A stretch of 64,000 bases of DNA from an uncultured bacterium (GTDB lineage: Bacteria; Nitrospirota; Thermodesulfovibrionia; Thermodesulfovibrionales; CALJEL01), in contig CALJEL010000023.1 in the NCBI GenBank assembly GCA_938074335.1, forward strand, positions 1,554 through 65,553, written 5' to 3'. This document shows, piece after piece, positions 35,275-44,488 of this stretch. The notes under the pieces are model-generated. The model was not told the DNA's origin. It saw nothing but the letters and a program-made list of their open reading frames with translations, and ran no database searches. A program made the translations under genes and the position numbers. Every line of letters starts with the position of its first letter. The stretch's first letter is position 1.

Positions 35275-37232
35275 AGAGCTGGCAGGCAATAGTCCTTATT
35301 TTTATCACTGTATTCATTGCCTATTCAAATAGTTTTATGGTTCCCTTTCAGTGGGATGATTACAGCTACATTGTAAATAATATAAGGGTTAAGGATTCAG
35401 GAGAACTTTTTAGGAACTGGAATGGCTCAAGGTTCATGGGATTTTTCAGCTTCTGGCTTAATTTTATCACTGCAGGTCTCAGACCTGCTCCATACCACCT
35501 TGTAAATCTTACAATACATATTCTGAATTCCTTTCTTGTCTTCTTTTTAATAAGGCTTCTTCTCAGGCTCCATTTCAAGGATACCTACAGGGAATATGAG
35601 GACTGGATAGCCCTCTCAGCAGCATTGCTTTTTGGACTTCATCCTGTAAACACCATGGCAGTAACATACATAAGCCAGAGGTTTACAATACTCTCAACAC
35701 TCTTCTATCTCCTTTCTGTTTTCCTATATCTTAAGGCAAGGCTTCAATCCCGAAACACTCCTTTATATCTCCTGTCCATCCTTTCAGCCATACTTGCTAT
35801 GAAGACAAAGGAGATTGCCTTTACCCTTCCTTTTATAATATTCCTCCTTGAATTTCTCCACTTTAGGTCAGAAAGGCACTGGAGATATCTTATCCCCCTC
35901 TTTCTGACCCTTTTTATCATTCCCTTAAGCAGGATAGATGCGCTCTGGACGATAAAGGGGCAGACCCTTCTTCAAAAGACTTTAGAAACATCAGATATCC
36001 CGAGGCATATCTATCTATTTACAGAGTTCAGGGTTTTGTTAACCTATGTAAGACTCCTGTTTTTTCCTGTTAATCTTAACATTGATTATGACTATCCACT
36101 CTCAAGGAGCCTCTTTGAGACAGATACCTTTTTTGCAATGATTGTCCATATTACATTGATTGTTTCTGCCATTATTCTTATCAAGAGGTCAGTTCATGGA
36201 AGGCTTGTTGGTACAGGGATTCTCTGGTATTACATTACACTTTCAGTGGAATCAAGCATAATACCCATCACAGATGTTATATTTGAACACAGGCTCTATC
36301 TTCCCTTTACAGGTTTTATACTCGTTCTTGCAGGTGCAGTCCTGTGGTTCGTACCTCTGAAAAGATATGGTAAGGCACTTATAATCCTTATCTCTATTAT
36401 TGTAATTGTCCTTGGCACAGCTACATTTTTAAGGAATTCTGTCTGGTTATCCCAGAGAAGTATCTGGGAAGATGCTGTAGAAAAATCTCCAGGCAAGGTC
36501 AGGACAAGGCTAAATTATGCCCTTACACTTCCTCCTGAAGAGGCTATAAAAGAACTTGAGTGGGTCTTATCAAAAGACCCCTGGAATCTTTCTGCACTTA
36601 ACAAACTTGCAAGGATATTTATGGAGATGGGCCGTATCTCTGAGGCAGAGGAGATATTAAAAAAGTCAGGGCAAATAGTCTCAGAAAAAGAGCTCTTTTC
36701 CTATAGGGCAGACATCTGCCTTGAGAAGAAGGACTACATCTGTGCTATTGATAACTTAAAGAGGCTTATTGAGCTTGAGCCAGGCAGTTCAAGGCATTAT
36801 TTCAGGCTTGGCCTTGCCTGTGAATACATGGCAAGGTTTGATGAGGCAGAGGAGGCTTACAGAAAGGCAATTGCCCTTGACCCATCCAATGCCGATGCCA
36901 TTAATAATCTTGGTAATCTTATGGCTGAAAAGGGTAATCTCAAGGAATCCCTCAAGCTTCTTAAAAAGGCAAGGGCCCTTATGCCAGAAAGTCCAAGCAT
37001 ACTTCTGAATCTTGGCATAACCTATGCACAGCTTGGAGATTATAATGAAGCCCTCTGGCATATTGACAGGGCATTAAAGCTCAAACCAGACATGGCCGAG
37101 GCATGGTTTAATAAAGGACTTATCCTCTTACAGGCAGGGATGAAGGATGAGGGATGCATTGCCATAATGAAATCACTTGAGATATCACCAGGCTTTGAAA
37201 AGGCAAAGGAGGTCTTTAAGAACTGTAAATGA
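35271..37232 (+). CDS. TMTC-like GT-C glycosyltransferase fused to TPR domain (full-length form)
   Basis: The N-terminal motif is PFQWDDYSYIVNN. The polytopic region ends at VIFEHRLYLP, followed by a TM helix, then LRNSVWLSQRSIWEDAVEKSPGKVR and about 7 TPRs. The start overlaps the upstream stop as ATGA. Confidence 0.7.
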   Translation: MKSWQAIVLIFITVFIAYSNSFMVPFQWDDYSYIVNNIRVKDSGELFRNWNGSRFMGFFSFWLNFITAGLRPAPYHLVNLTIHILNSFLVFFLIRLLLRLHFKDTYREYEDWIALSAALLFGLHPVNTMAVTYISQRFTILSTLFYLLSVFLYLKARLQSRNTPLYLLSILSAILAMKTKEIAFTLPFIIFLLEFLHFRSERHWRYLIPLFLTLFIIPLSRIDALWTIKGQTLLQKTLETSDIPRHIYLFTEFRVLLTYVRLLFFPVNLNIDYDYPLSRSLFETDTFFAMIVHITLIVSAIILIKRSVHGRLVGTGILWYYITLSVESSIIPITDVIFEHRLYLPFTGFILVLAGAVLWFVPLKRYGKALIILISIIVIVLGTATFLRNSVWLSQRSIWEDAVEKSPGKVRTRLNYALTLPPEEAIKELEWVLSKDPWNLSALNKLARIFMEMGRISEAEEILKKSGQIVSEKELFSYRADICLEKKDYICAIDNLKRLIELEPGSSRHYFRLGLACEYMARFDEAEEAYRKAIALDPSNADAINNLGNLMAEKGNLKESLKLLKKARALMPESPSILLNLGITYAQLGDYNEALWHIDRALKLKPDMAEAWFNKGLILLQAGMKDEGCIAIMKSLEISPGFEKAKEVFKNCK

Positions 37233-38527
37233 GGCTGAAGAGGATATGGAGATTTCTGAGTTCAAGGGGCTTTGCCCTGTGGCTTTTATTGATTGTTATA
37301 TTAATCCTGATACTTTCAGCATTTCTTCCAAATGAATTCACCCTTTCAGAGGAAGAACTGCTAAGGCTTCAGACCGAAAGGCCCTTTTTATGGAGATTAT
37401 CCCAACACCTGAGCACACCTGCCATAGTAACAGGTCCGGTGTTCGTGGCAGTGTCATTTTTCCTTGCACTCTCCACACTCCTCTGCACCTATAAAAGATT
37501 GAGAAGCAGGCAGAGGGATTTCTCAAAGACAAGGGCTTTTCACTTCAATATAGTAGATAATGGTGGCTCAAGGGATAAGATATTAAAGGTCCTTGATTCA
37601 AGAGGCTGGAGCAGGGGGTTTGAGAGGTCCTCAGAAGATATCACATTAATAAAGGCTGACAGAGGAAGATATGGATTCTGGGGTTCTATAATATTTCACA
37701 TCAGCTTGATTGCTCTGTTTATTACAGCCATAATAAGTTCTGTTACCCGTTTTAATGGTGAGATACTGGTGCCAGAAAATACTTTGATATCTGCCTCAGA
37801 TAGTCTTAATTATATTTTTCTTGCAGGGAGCAGACCACCTGCCATAGAACTTTCAGTTACAGATATAAGGTTATCAGCCTCAGGACCTGTGCCTACTCAA
37901 TTAATGGCAGATATTCATGTGAGCTCAGGCAGTTATGAGATAGCTGTTAATAAACCAGTGATGATATCAGGTTATCAGTTTGCACCATCAAGATACGGGA
38001 TATCACCGAGGTTTGTAATATCTAAGGAGGGCAAGGTCATATTTGATGCCTTTGTTAATCTCAGGAGTCTATTTATTGAAGATTATTTTGAGATAAAGGA
38101 GGAAGGCCTGAGATTTGTGGTGAGATTCTTCCCTGATTTTTATAAAGAAAGGCAGACCTTTGGTACAAGGGGACTTGAAGAGAAAAATCCTGTATTTTAT
38201 ATTAAACTCTTCAAAGAGGGTAGCCCTGCAGGCTCGGTATTTCTAAGACCCGGTGAGGATTATAGTGTTGGTAATTATACAATTAAGCTACCAGAGTATT
38301 CGCACTGGATAACCCTTGTTATAAGCAGGGACCCTGGCACCTTTTCTTTTATCATCAGCTTTGCCTTTGCAATACTCGGACTATTTATCAGATTCATGAG
38401 TAATGAGAGGGTTCTGACTGTATTACTTTATAGTGATGGAAGATTTGAATTAAGGGGCTGGAGCAGGTATTATCCTGCCTTTCTGGAAAAGGAGATGAAT
38501 GATATAAGGGATGAGATTAAAGGCTGA
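37229..38527 (+). CDS. ccsB: System II cytochrome c biogenesis protein CcsB/ResB
   Basis: The N-terminus WRFLSSRGFALWLLLIVILILIL is ResB-like. A histidine sits in a TM helix (FWGSIIFHISLIALF). There is a large periplasmic segment and a C-terminal VISRDPG..TM. The start overlaps the upstream stop as ATGA. Confidence 0.75.
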   Translation: MRLKRIWRFLSSRGFALWLLLIVILILILSAFLPNEFTLSEEELLRLQTERPFLWRLSQHLSTPAIVTGPVFVAVSFFLALSTLLCTYKRLRSRQRDFSKTRAFHFNIVDNGGSRDKILKVLDSRGWSRGFERSSEDITLIKADRGRYGFWGSIIFHISLIALFITAIISSVTRFNGEILVPENTLISASDSLNYIFLAGSRPPAIELSVTDIRLSASGPVPTQLMADIHVSSGSYEIAVNKPVMISGYQFAPSRYGISPRFVISKEGKVIFDAFVNLRSLFIEDYFEIKEEGLRFVVRFFPDFYKERQTFGTRGLEEKNPVFYIKLFKEGSPAGSVFLRPGEDYSVGNYTIKLPEYSHWITLVISRDPGTFSFIISFAFAILGLFIRFMSNERVLTVLLYSDGRFELRGWSRYYPAFLEKEMNDIRDEIKG

Positions 38528-39182
38528 AGGAGCAGGCCGTATTTTTATATTTTTGATAATAAGCCTGTTTGTTCTGTTCAGTTATCAGAGGAACTGGGTC
38601 TGGCTTACCGAGATCTCTCTGTGGGAGGATGTGGCAAAAAAATCTCCACTGAAGGTAAGACCTCATTTTAATCTCGGGCTTGCCTATCTTAACAGGAATA
38701 GATTTGAACTGGCAGAAAAGAGCCTCAGGATGACGCTTTCTTTATATCCTGATTATCATAAGGCAAAGTATTATCTTGCAGAGGCCCTCTATAATCTGGG
38801 CTCCTATGAGGAGGCATTGAAATATCTGAAGGAGGTTGAATTTCTTTATATAAATGTCCTTCCCCATTTCCCTGAAAAATGGGAAGGTGTATCAATGGCA
38901 TTTAGCGAGGCAGATCTTTACAATAATATTGCCTCATGCTATTATGGTGTCAATAATTTAAGGTCAGCAGAGGAGTATTATAGAAAGGCACTCCTGAAAG
39001 ATAGATTCCATATATATGCCATAAAGGGACTTATTACAGTGCTTGCTGATGAGGGAAGGATAGTGGAAGCAATCAGGCTCCTTGAAGATACTATCAGGGA
39101 TATGCCACCTTCTTTAAAGAGGGATGAGTTAGTGGAGATACTCTGGACGCTCAGGGATAGTCCTGAGCCCAGGAGGAGGTAA
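38511..39182 (+). CDS. Membrane-anchored TPR protein (TMTC-type TPR module) inserted between ccsB and ccsA
   Basis: One TM helix is followed by QRNWVWLTEISLWEDVAKKSPLKVRPHFNLGLAY and TPRs. It overlaps ccsB by 17 nt and ends 1 nt before ccsA. Confidence 0.7.
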   Translation: MRLKAEGAGRIFIFLIISLFVLFSYQRNWVWLTEISLWEDVAKKSPLKVRPHFNLGLAYLNRNRFELAEKSLRMTLSLYPDYHKAKYYLAEALYNLGSYEEALKYLKEVEFLYINVLPHFPEKWEGVSMAFSEADLYNNIASCYYGVNNLRSAEEYYRKALLKDRFHIYAIKGLITVLADEGRIVEAIRLLEDTIRDMPPSLKRDELVEILWTLRDSPEPRRR

Positions 39183-39183
39183 G

Positions 39184-39993
39184 ATGGGAAAAGTTGAGGG
39201 TATCTTCGTCTGGCTTGCCATAGGTCTTTACAGCCTATCCTTTATAACAGGTCTATTTTCCTTTGTTTTTAAGAGACAGATGGGAACGGGATTGGGCTTC
39301 TTAAGGATGGCTGTGGCTGCTCATGGGATTTCAATTGTTATGAGATGGTATGTAACAGGCCATCTACCTGTAATGGGAGTATATGAGAATTCCTTGATGG
39401 GTTCATGGTTTATTGGTATTACCTTTATATTCCTGCATCTATTCTTCAGGCAGATTGCTGGTTTTTATCTCGTGGTCTCTCCTGTGATACTTTTGATCCT
39501 TGGCAATGGTATCCAGAGCGGTGCTGAGCTTACACCCCTTGAACCTCCTTACAGGTCTAACTGGTTATATGTGCATGTGCTTTTTGCCTGGCTTGCCTTT
39601 GGAAGTTATTTTGTGGCAGCCTTTATTGGTCTGATAACACTCTTAAGAGACTTTATTGTGAAGAGATTCTCTTTCAATGTCCCTGAGGAGAAATTTCTTG
39701 ATGAGTTTTCCTTAAGGCTTATACTGTTTGGTTTTTTTTCAGAAAGTATAATGATAGGCTCTGGTGCCATATGGGCTCATGGATTGTGGGGAAGATACTG
39801 GGGGTGGGATCCTGTTGAGACATGGTCACTGATATCATGGCTTACCTATGGATTGAACCTTCACCTCAGGCTCACTTATGGATGGAGGGGCAAAAGGGCT
39901 GCCTGGCTTGCTATTGTTTCCCTTATCACAGTTATAGGTCTATTTTTTGGAATAGGTTATATCTCAGGCCTTCATACAAGGATGCTTGGCTGA
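39184..39993 (+). CDS. ccsA: System II cytochrome c synthase subunit CcsA
   Basis: It is a polytopic protein with the Trp-rich WWD-type motif WGRYWGWDPVETWSLISW (39787-39840), flanked by conserved His residues (IWAHG, LNLHLR). Confidence 0.85.
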   Translation: MGKVEGIFVWLAIGLYSLSFITGLFSFVFKRQMGTGLGFLRMAVAAHGISIVMRWYVTGHLPVMGVYENSLMGSWFIGITFIFLHLFFRQIAGFYLVVSPVILLILGNGIQSGAELTPLEPPYRSNWLYVHVLFAWLAFGSYFVAAFIGLITLLRDFIVKRFSFNVPEEKFLDEFSLRLILFGFFSESIMIGSGAIWAHGLWGRYWGWDPVETWSLISWLTYGLNLHLRLTYGWRGKRAAWLAIVSLITVIGLFFGIGYISGLHTRMLG

Positions 39994-40704
39994 CTAATCT
40001 TTAAATCTGTATTTTATGATGCTCCACAATATCCTGATGCCATCAAGGATATGAGGTTTTTTGCCTTCCTTCCGGTTCCTTGCCCTGTACCTTACAGGTA
40101 CTTCATTAATCCTTATTCCCCTCTTCAGCACCTTTGCAGTTACCTCTGGACAGAATTCAAAGCCCTTTGATTTGATATCTATATCCTGTAAGACCTCCTT
40201 TCTGAAGACCTTGAAGGCAGTCCCTTCATCCGTAATATTTGTTTTATAAAGTAGATTTACAAGGCCTGTGAATATTTTATTGGCAACCCAGTTTTCAGGT
40301 CTCATCCTTTCAGGCCATCTTTTGTGAAGAAACCTGCTACCATAAACAACCTTTACTTCAGGATCTTTGAAAGGTGAAAGAAGTTTCCGGTATTCCGAGG
40401 CAGGATATTCAAGGTCTCCATCCTGGATAAGAACTATATCACCTTTGGCAACCCTCAGGCCTGATTTAATCGCAGAGGCCTTTCCAAGGTTATTTTTATG
40501 TGTAACGATTTTTAAGGGATATTTTTCTGCATAATCCTTAAGTAATTCTTGAGTCCTGTCAGTGGAGCCATCATCAATTATTATGATCTCTTTTTCAAAA
40601 GGCGAGGTGTCTGCTCTTAAAATCTCCTCAAGGAGTTCATGAATAAGATGCCCTTCATTATACACAGGAACCAGTACAGATACAATCATCTTTAATTGTA
40701 TCAT
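39994..40704 (-). CDS. Family 2 glycosyltransferase (polyprenyl-phosphate sugar synthase-like)
   Basis: Signatures are VSVLVPVYNEGHLI, IIIIDDGSTDRT and QDGDLEYP. Confidence 0.8.
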   Translation of the reverse strand: MIQLKMIVSVLVPVYNEGHLIHELLEEILRADTSPFEKEIIIIDDGSTDRTQELLKDYAEKYPLKIVTHKNNLGKASAIKSGLRVAKGDIVLIQDGDLEYPASEYRKLLSPFKDPEVKVVYGSRFLHKRWPERMRPENWVANKIFTGLVNLLYKTNITDEGTAFKVFRKEVLQDIDIKSKGFEFCPEVTAKVLKRGIRINEVPVRYRARNRKEGKKPHILDGIRILWSIIKYRFKD

Positions 40705-40815
40705 AAGAACAGTTTTTAGAGATTACCAGCGGAAGTCGTCATTGCAGTCTACCGCCCTGATAAGACTTTGAGGCAGACTTCAAGTTTTTTATCTGAAAGG
40801 GGTTTCTCAAACATG

Positions 40816-40845
40816 TTGATTTTTCTATTTTTTCTATGTCATATT
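40816..40845 (+). promoter_or_regulatory. Sigma70-type promoter TTGATT-N18-(TG)tCATATT ending 5 nt before the ATG at 40851 (leaderless-type)
   Basis: The -35 element TTGATT is at 40816-40821 and TGTCATATT is at 40837-40845, followed by aattt and ATG. There is no Shine-Dalgarno sequence. Confidence 0.4.
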
Positions 40846-40850
40846 AATTT

Positions 40851-42002
40851 ATGCTTAGAACCCGCTTTGATCTCCTCGCAATAGGGCTTATAATCCTTGC
40901 AGTGGCAGTGGCCTATTCAAATACCTATACAGCCTCATTCCATTTTGACGACCAGCATACAATAGTGGAAAATCCCCGTATAAAACACCTTAAAAATATC
41001 CCTTCTTTTTTCTGGAATAATGAAGGGCCAGTTGGCTCAAGGCCTTTGCTTCTTGTGACAGTTGCTCTAAATTATGCAATCGGAGGGCTCCATGTCACTG
41101 GTTATCACATATTCAACAACCTTCTTCATGCAATTAACGGAATACTTTTCTATTTCTTTATGTTAATGGTTCTGAATCTTCCACGATTCAGGGACAGATA
41201 TGCCCAGCTTTCACGGGAGATTGCACTCCTCGGGTCATTGCTCTTTGTAGTTCATCCTGTGCAGACAGAGGCAGTCACATATATAATAAGCAGGTCAATG
41301 CCCATGGCAACATTTTTTTATCTCCTTGGCTTTATTCTCTATACAAGGGCTTTTGAGACAGGAAAGCAGTCTCTCTATATCTGGTTATTCGTCGTAAGTT
41401 TTCTTGGTATGGCATCAAGGGAGGATTATATTACATTTCCTGCTATGCTCTTCATATACGATTTCATGCTCCTCAGTTCTTTTAAAGATGCCTTAAGAAG
41501 GTGGAAGATATACCTTCTGCTTGGAATCACTGTAGCCTACAGGCTCTGGCTAAGCCTTACATATAAGGGGACTGAGGAGGCAGCAGGGTTTGGTGTAAAG
41601 CTTCTCACACCATATCAATATCTACTTACACAGTTTAATGTGATATGGACATATGTGAGGCTACTCTTCCTTCCAATTAATCAGAATCTTGATTATGATT
41701 ATCCTATTGCTAGATCCATATTTGAGTTTCCCACCATCCTTTCCTTTACAGGACATCTTCTGGTAATCGCTCTTGCAATATGGATCTATAAAAGAAACAG
41801 GCTTGTAACCTTTCTGATTTTATGGTGGTATATTACACTCTCACCTTCCTCAAGTTTTATACCCATTATTGATGTTATCTTTGAACACAGGGTTTATCTT
41901 CCCTCTATCGGATTTTTCTTTTTATTCATGATTGCTTACGAATATCTCTGGGAAAGGATAAGGCAGAAGATTCCTAAAAAGGCGATTCAAGAAAGTGGAT
42001 GA
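40851..42002 (+). CDS. TMTC-like GT-C glycosyltransferase, catalytic membrane domain only (no TPR)
   Basis: Motifs are SFHFDDQHTIVENPRI, HPVQTEAVTYI and PINQNLDYDYP. The protein ends shortly after VIFEHRVYLP, at the point where 35271..37232 continues into its TPR domain. Confidence 0.7.
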   Translation: MLRTRFDLLAIGLIILAVAVAYSNTYTASFHFDDQHTIVENPRIKHLKNIPSFFWNNEGPVGSRPLLLVTVALNYAIGGLHVTGYHIFNNLLHAINGILFYFFMLMVLNLPRFRDRYAQLSREIALLGSLLFVVHPVQTEAVTYIISRSMPMATFFYLLGFILYTRAFETGKQSLYIWLFVVSFLGMASREDYITFPAMLFIYDFMLLSSFKDALRRWKIYLLLGITVAYRLWLSLTYKGTEEAAGFGVKLLTPYQYLLTQFNVIWTYVRLLFLPINQNLDYDYPIARSIFEFPTILSFTGHLLVIALAIWIYKRNRLVTFLILWWYITLSPSSSFIPIIDVIFEHRVYLPSIGFFFLFMIAYEYLWERIRQKIPKKAIQESG

Positions 42003-42691
42003 GAGCCCTTATAATAATCCCTGCATATAATGAAGAGGCAAATATCCCGAAGGTTGCAGAGGATCTTAAAGAATCTATCCATGATGCAGTTGTTATAAAT
42101 GATGGCTCCACTGACAAGACCCATCAGATAGCAAGAGATCTCGGGTTCAAGGTTCTTAATCATCCCTATAATATTGGTGTAGGTGGTGCTGTTCAGACAG
42201 GTCTGAAGTATGCCCTTTTAAGGGATTATGATATTGCCATTCAGTTTGATGGAGATGGCCAGCACAGGGCAGATCAGATAGAGAATATAATAAGACCTGT
42301 GTTCAATGATGAGGCTGACCTTGTTATTGGCTCAAGGATTCTTGGCGGGGGATATAGATTTCCTCTTTTAAGAAGGATAGGGGGTAGATGGTTCTCTCTG
42401 CTGCTTTATCTTTCAGCGGGCATAAAGATTACAGACCCCACATCAGGTTTCAGATGTTATGGCAGAAGGGCAATGGAATTCTTCTCAAGCTGTTATCCAG
42501 AGGACTATCCAGAGGTGGAATCCATTATATATGCCTCAAAGGCAGGCTTGAGGATAAAGGAGGTGCCTTCACTTATGAGACAGAGGACAGGTGGAAGGTC
42601 ATCCATTGGAGTATTTCAATCAATTTATTACATGCTCAAGGTAAGCATAGGTGTGATGCTGACTTCTTTAAGAAGCATAAGGAGGTGGTAA
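41999..42691 (+). CDS. Family 2 glycosyltransferase, GtrB/ArnC/DPM1-like polyprenyl-phosphate glycosyltransferase
   Basis: Signatures are ALIIIPAYNEEANI, VINDGSTDKT, FDGDGQH and TDPTSGFR. The start overlaps the upstream stop. Confidence 0.8.
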   Translation: MRALIIIPAYNEEANIPKVAEDLKESIHDAVVINDGSTDKTHQIARDLGFKVLNHPYNIGVGGAVQTGLKYALLRDYDIAIQFDGDGQHRADQIENIIRPVFNDEADLVIGSRILGGGYRFPLLRRIGGRWFSLLLYLSAGIKITDPTSGFRCYGRRAMEFFSSCYPEDYPEVESIIYASKAGLRIKEVPSLMRQRTGGRSSIGVFQSIYYMLKVSIGVMLTSLRSIRRW

Positions 42692-42692
42692 G

Positions 42693-43031
42693 ATGGATAT
42701 AGTTCAGATTATCTCTTTTTTGATCGGGGTGGTTCTGTTTCTTTCTGTTGTCTTTTTAATAATAACAGGAAGGCTCAAGGAGAGGTATTCCCTGCTCTGG
42801 CTTGCTTCATCTCTTTTTATCTGCATCCTTTCCATTTCAAGAAGGCTCCTTGAATATATCTCCTACAAGCTTGGTATTTATTATCCACCCTCGTTGCTCT
42901 TCCTTGCAGGAGTGCTTTTTTTGCTTGCTATAAATATATCCTTTTCAGTAACCATATCAAGACTTTCTTCAAAGGTTGATACACTTGCCCAGGAGATAGC
43001 CCTGCTAAAAGAAAATAAGGGTAGTCCCTGA
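42693..43031 (+). CDS. Small membrane protein, DUF2304-like
   Basis: The 112-aa protein has three hydrophobic helices. The motifs ERYSLLWL, YYPPSLLFL and AQEIALLK match my recollection of DUF2304, which commonly follows GtrB-like GT2 genes. Confidence 0.7.
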   Translation: MDIVQIISFLIGVVLFLSVVFLIITGRLKERYSLLWLASSLFICILSISRRLLEYISYKLGIYYPPSLLFLAGVLFLLAINISFSVTISRLSSKVDTLAQEIALLKENKGSP

Positions 43032-43034
43032 ATC

Positions 43035-43043
43035 TGGTAAAAT
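43035..43043 (+). promoter_or_regulatory. Extended -10-like element TGGTAAAAT, 5 nt upstream of the ATG at 43049 (leaderless-type)
   Basis: The 12-mer TCTGGTAAAATA (43033-43044) is identical to that at 33728. There is no Shine-Dalgarno sequence. Confidence 0.35.
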
Positions 43044-43048
43044 AGAAT

Positions 43049-44488
43049 ATGAAGGTTTTGTTTCTCAATCCTCCTTATGGAAAGGACTTCTGCAGGTCTG
43101 CAAGATGGGCTGCTCGTTCAAGGGGAAGGGTACAAAGGCATCCTGACTGGTTGCTTATTGCAGCAGCAGTCCTTGAAAGAGAGGGGCATAAAGTAAAGTT
43201 CATTGATGGTGCAGCACTTAATCTTGAATTTAATGATATTGAAAGAGAACTCTCTCGTTTTAAACCAGAGCTCACAGTCATTCATACAACCACTCCATCT
43301 ATCTACAATGATATAAGATATGCAGAGCTGGCAAAGAAGAGAGGCTCAATGACTGTGCTCATTGGTCCTCATGTATCAGCAGAACCCGAGGATACATTTA
43401 AAAAATCTCCTTTTATTGATGCTATTGTCATAGGAGAATATGATTATACCCTCAGGGAGATTGCAGAAGGAAGGAGTCTGGAAGATATAAAGGGTATTGC
43501 CTATCCTGAAGATGGAACAATAAAGATAACTCCTTTTAGAGAGCCTCTTGATGTAAAGGAGCTTCCCTTTCCAGCCTGGCACCACATAAGACCAGAATGG
43601 TACAGGGATGCGGGTAAGAGATTTCCCTTCCTTACACTCATCTCAGCAAGGGGTTGTCCTAATAGATGTTCTTTCTGCAGGGACACCTCTGTTATGTATG
43701 GAAGGAGGTTAAGGTTCAGGGAGCCTGAGCAGGTGGTTGATGAGATAGAGTATGATTTTAAACTCTTTCCGTATATTAAAGAGATTATGTTCGAGACAGA
43801 TACCTTTACTGCCTCGGCAGCTCATGTAAGAGGCATCTGCGAGGAGATATTAGGCAGAAATCTTAAGATTACCTGGAGCTGTAATGTGAGGGTGGATATG
43901 GACCTGACTCTACTTCCATTAATGAAGAAGGCAGGCTGCAGGATGCTGATGGTGGGTTATGAATTTGGAACTCAGGAGGCACTTGATGCAGTTCATAAGG
44001 GTATAACACTGGAGCAATCAAGGAGATTTACAGAGGAGGCAAGAAGACTTGGTTTTACGATTCATGGATGTTTTATGGTCGGTGCTCCAGGAGAGACGAA
44101 GGATTCTGTACTTAAGACAATAGAATTTGCAAAGTCCTTACCCATTGACACTGTCCAGTTTTCAGGTATATGTCCTTATCCTGGAACAGAGCTTTACAGA
44201 TGGGCAAAAGAGAATAACTATCTTCTTGTAACGGACTGGACAGACTGGGTTAATGAAGACCTGGAACAGGTTACACTCCTGAATTATCCTCAGCTATCAA
44301 AGAAGCAGATGGATGAGCTGATAGATAAAGGACTTAAGGAATTCTATCTAAGGCCACAGCAGATAATAAGAATGCTCTGGAATATGAGAAGTCCTGAGGA
44401 TATAAAGAGGAAGCTCTATGGATTCAGGAGTTTTATGGATTATTTTTTAAAAAAAGGGAAAAGGCATCATGAGGGTGTTGCTCATTGA
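43049..44488 (+). CDS. B12-binding-domain radical SAM enzyme (1 of 3)
   Basis: The N-terminus MKVLFLNPPY is typical of a B12-binding Rossmann-type domain. The Cx3Cx2C cluster motif CPNRCSFC lies at 43655-43678. Confidence 0.85.
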   Translation: MKVLFLNPPYGKDFCRSARWAARSRGRVQRHPDWLLIAAAVLEREGHKVKFIDGAALNLEFNDIERELSRFKPELTVIHTTTPSIYNDIRYAELAKKRGSMTVLIGPHVSAEPEDTFKKSPFIDAIVIGEYDYTLREIAEGRSLEDIKGIAYPEDGTIKITPFREPLDVKELPFPAWHHIRPEWYRDAGKRFPFLTLISARGCPNRCSFCRDTSVMYGRRLRFREPEQVVDEIEYDFKLFPYIKEIMFETDTFTASAAHVRGICEEILGRNLKITWSCNVRVDMDLTLLPLMKKAGCRMLMVGYEFGTQEALDAVHKGITLEQSRRFTEEARRLGFTIHGCFMVGAPGETKDSVLKTIEFAKSLPIDTVQFSGICPYPGTELYRWAKENNYLLVTDWTDWVNEDLEQVTLLNYPQLSKKQMDELIDKGLKEFYLRPQQIIRMLWNMRSPEDIKRKLYGFRSFMDYFLKKGKRHHEGVAH

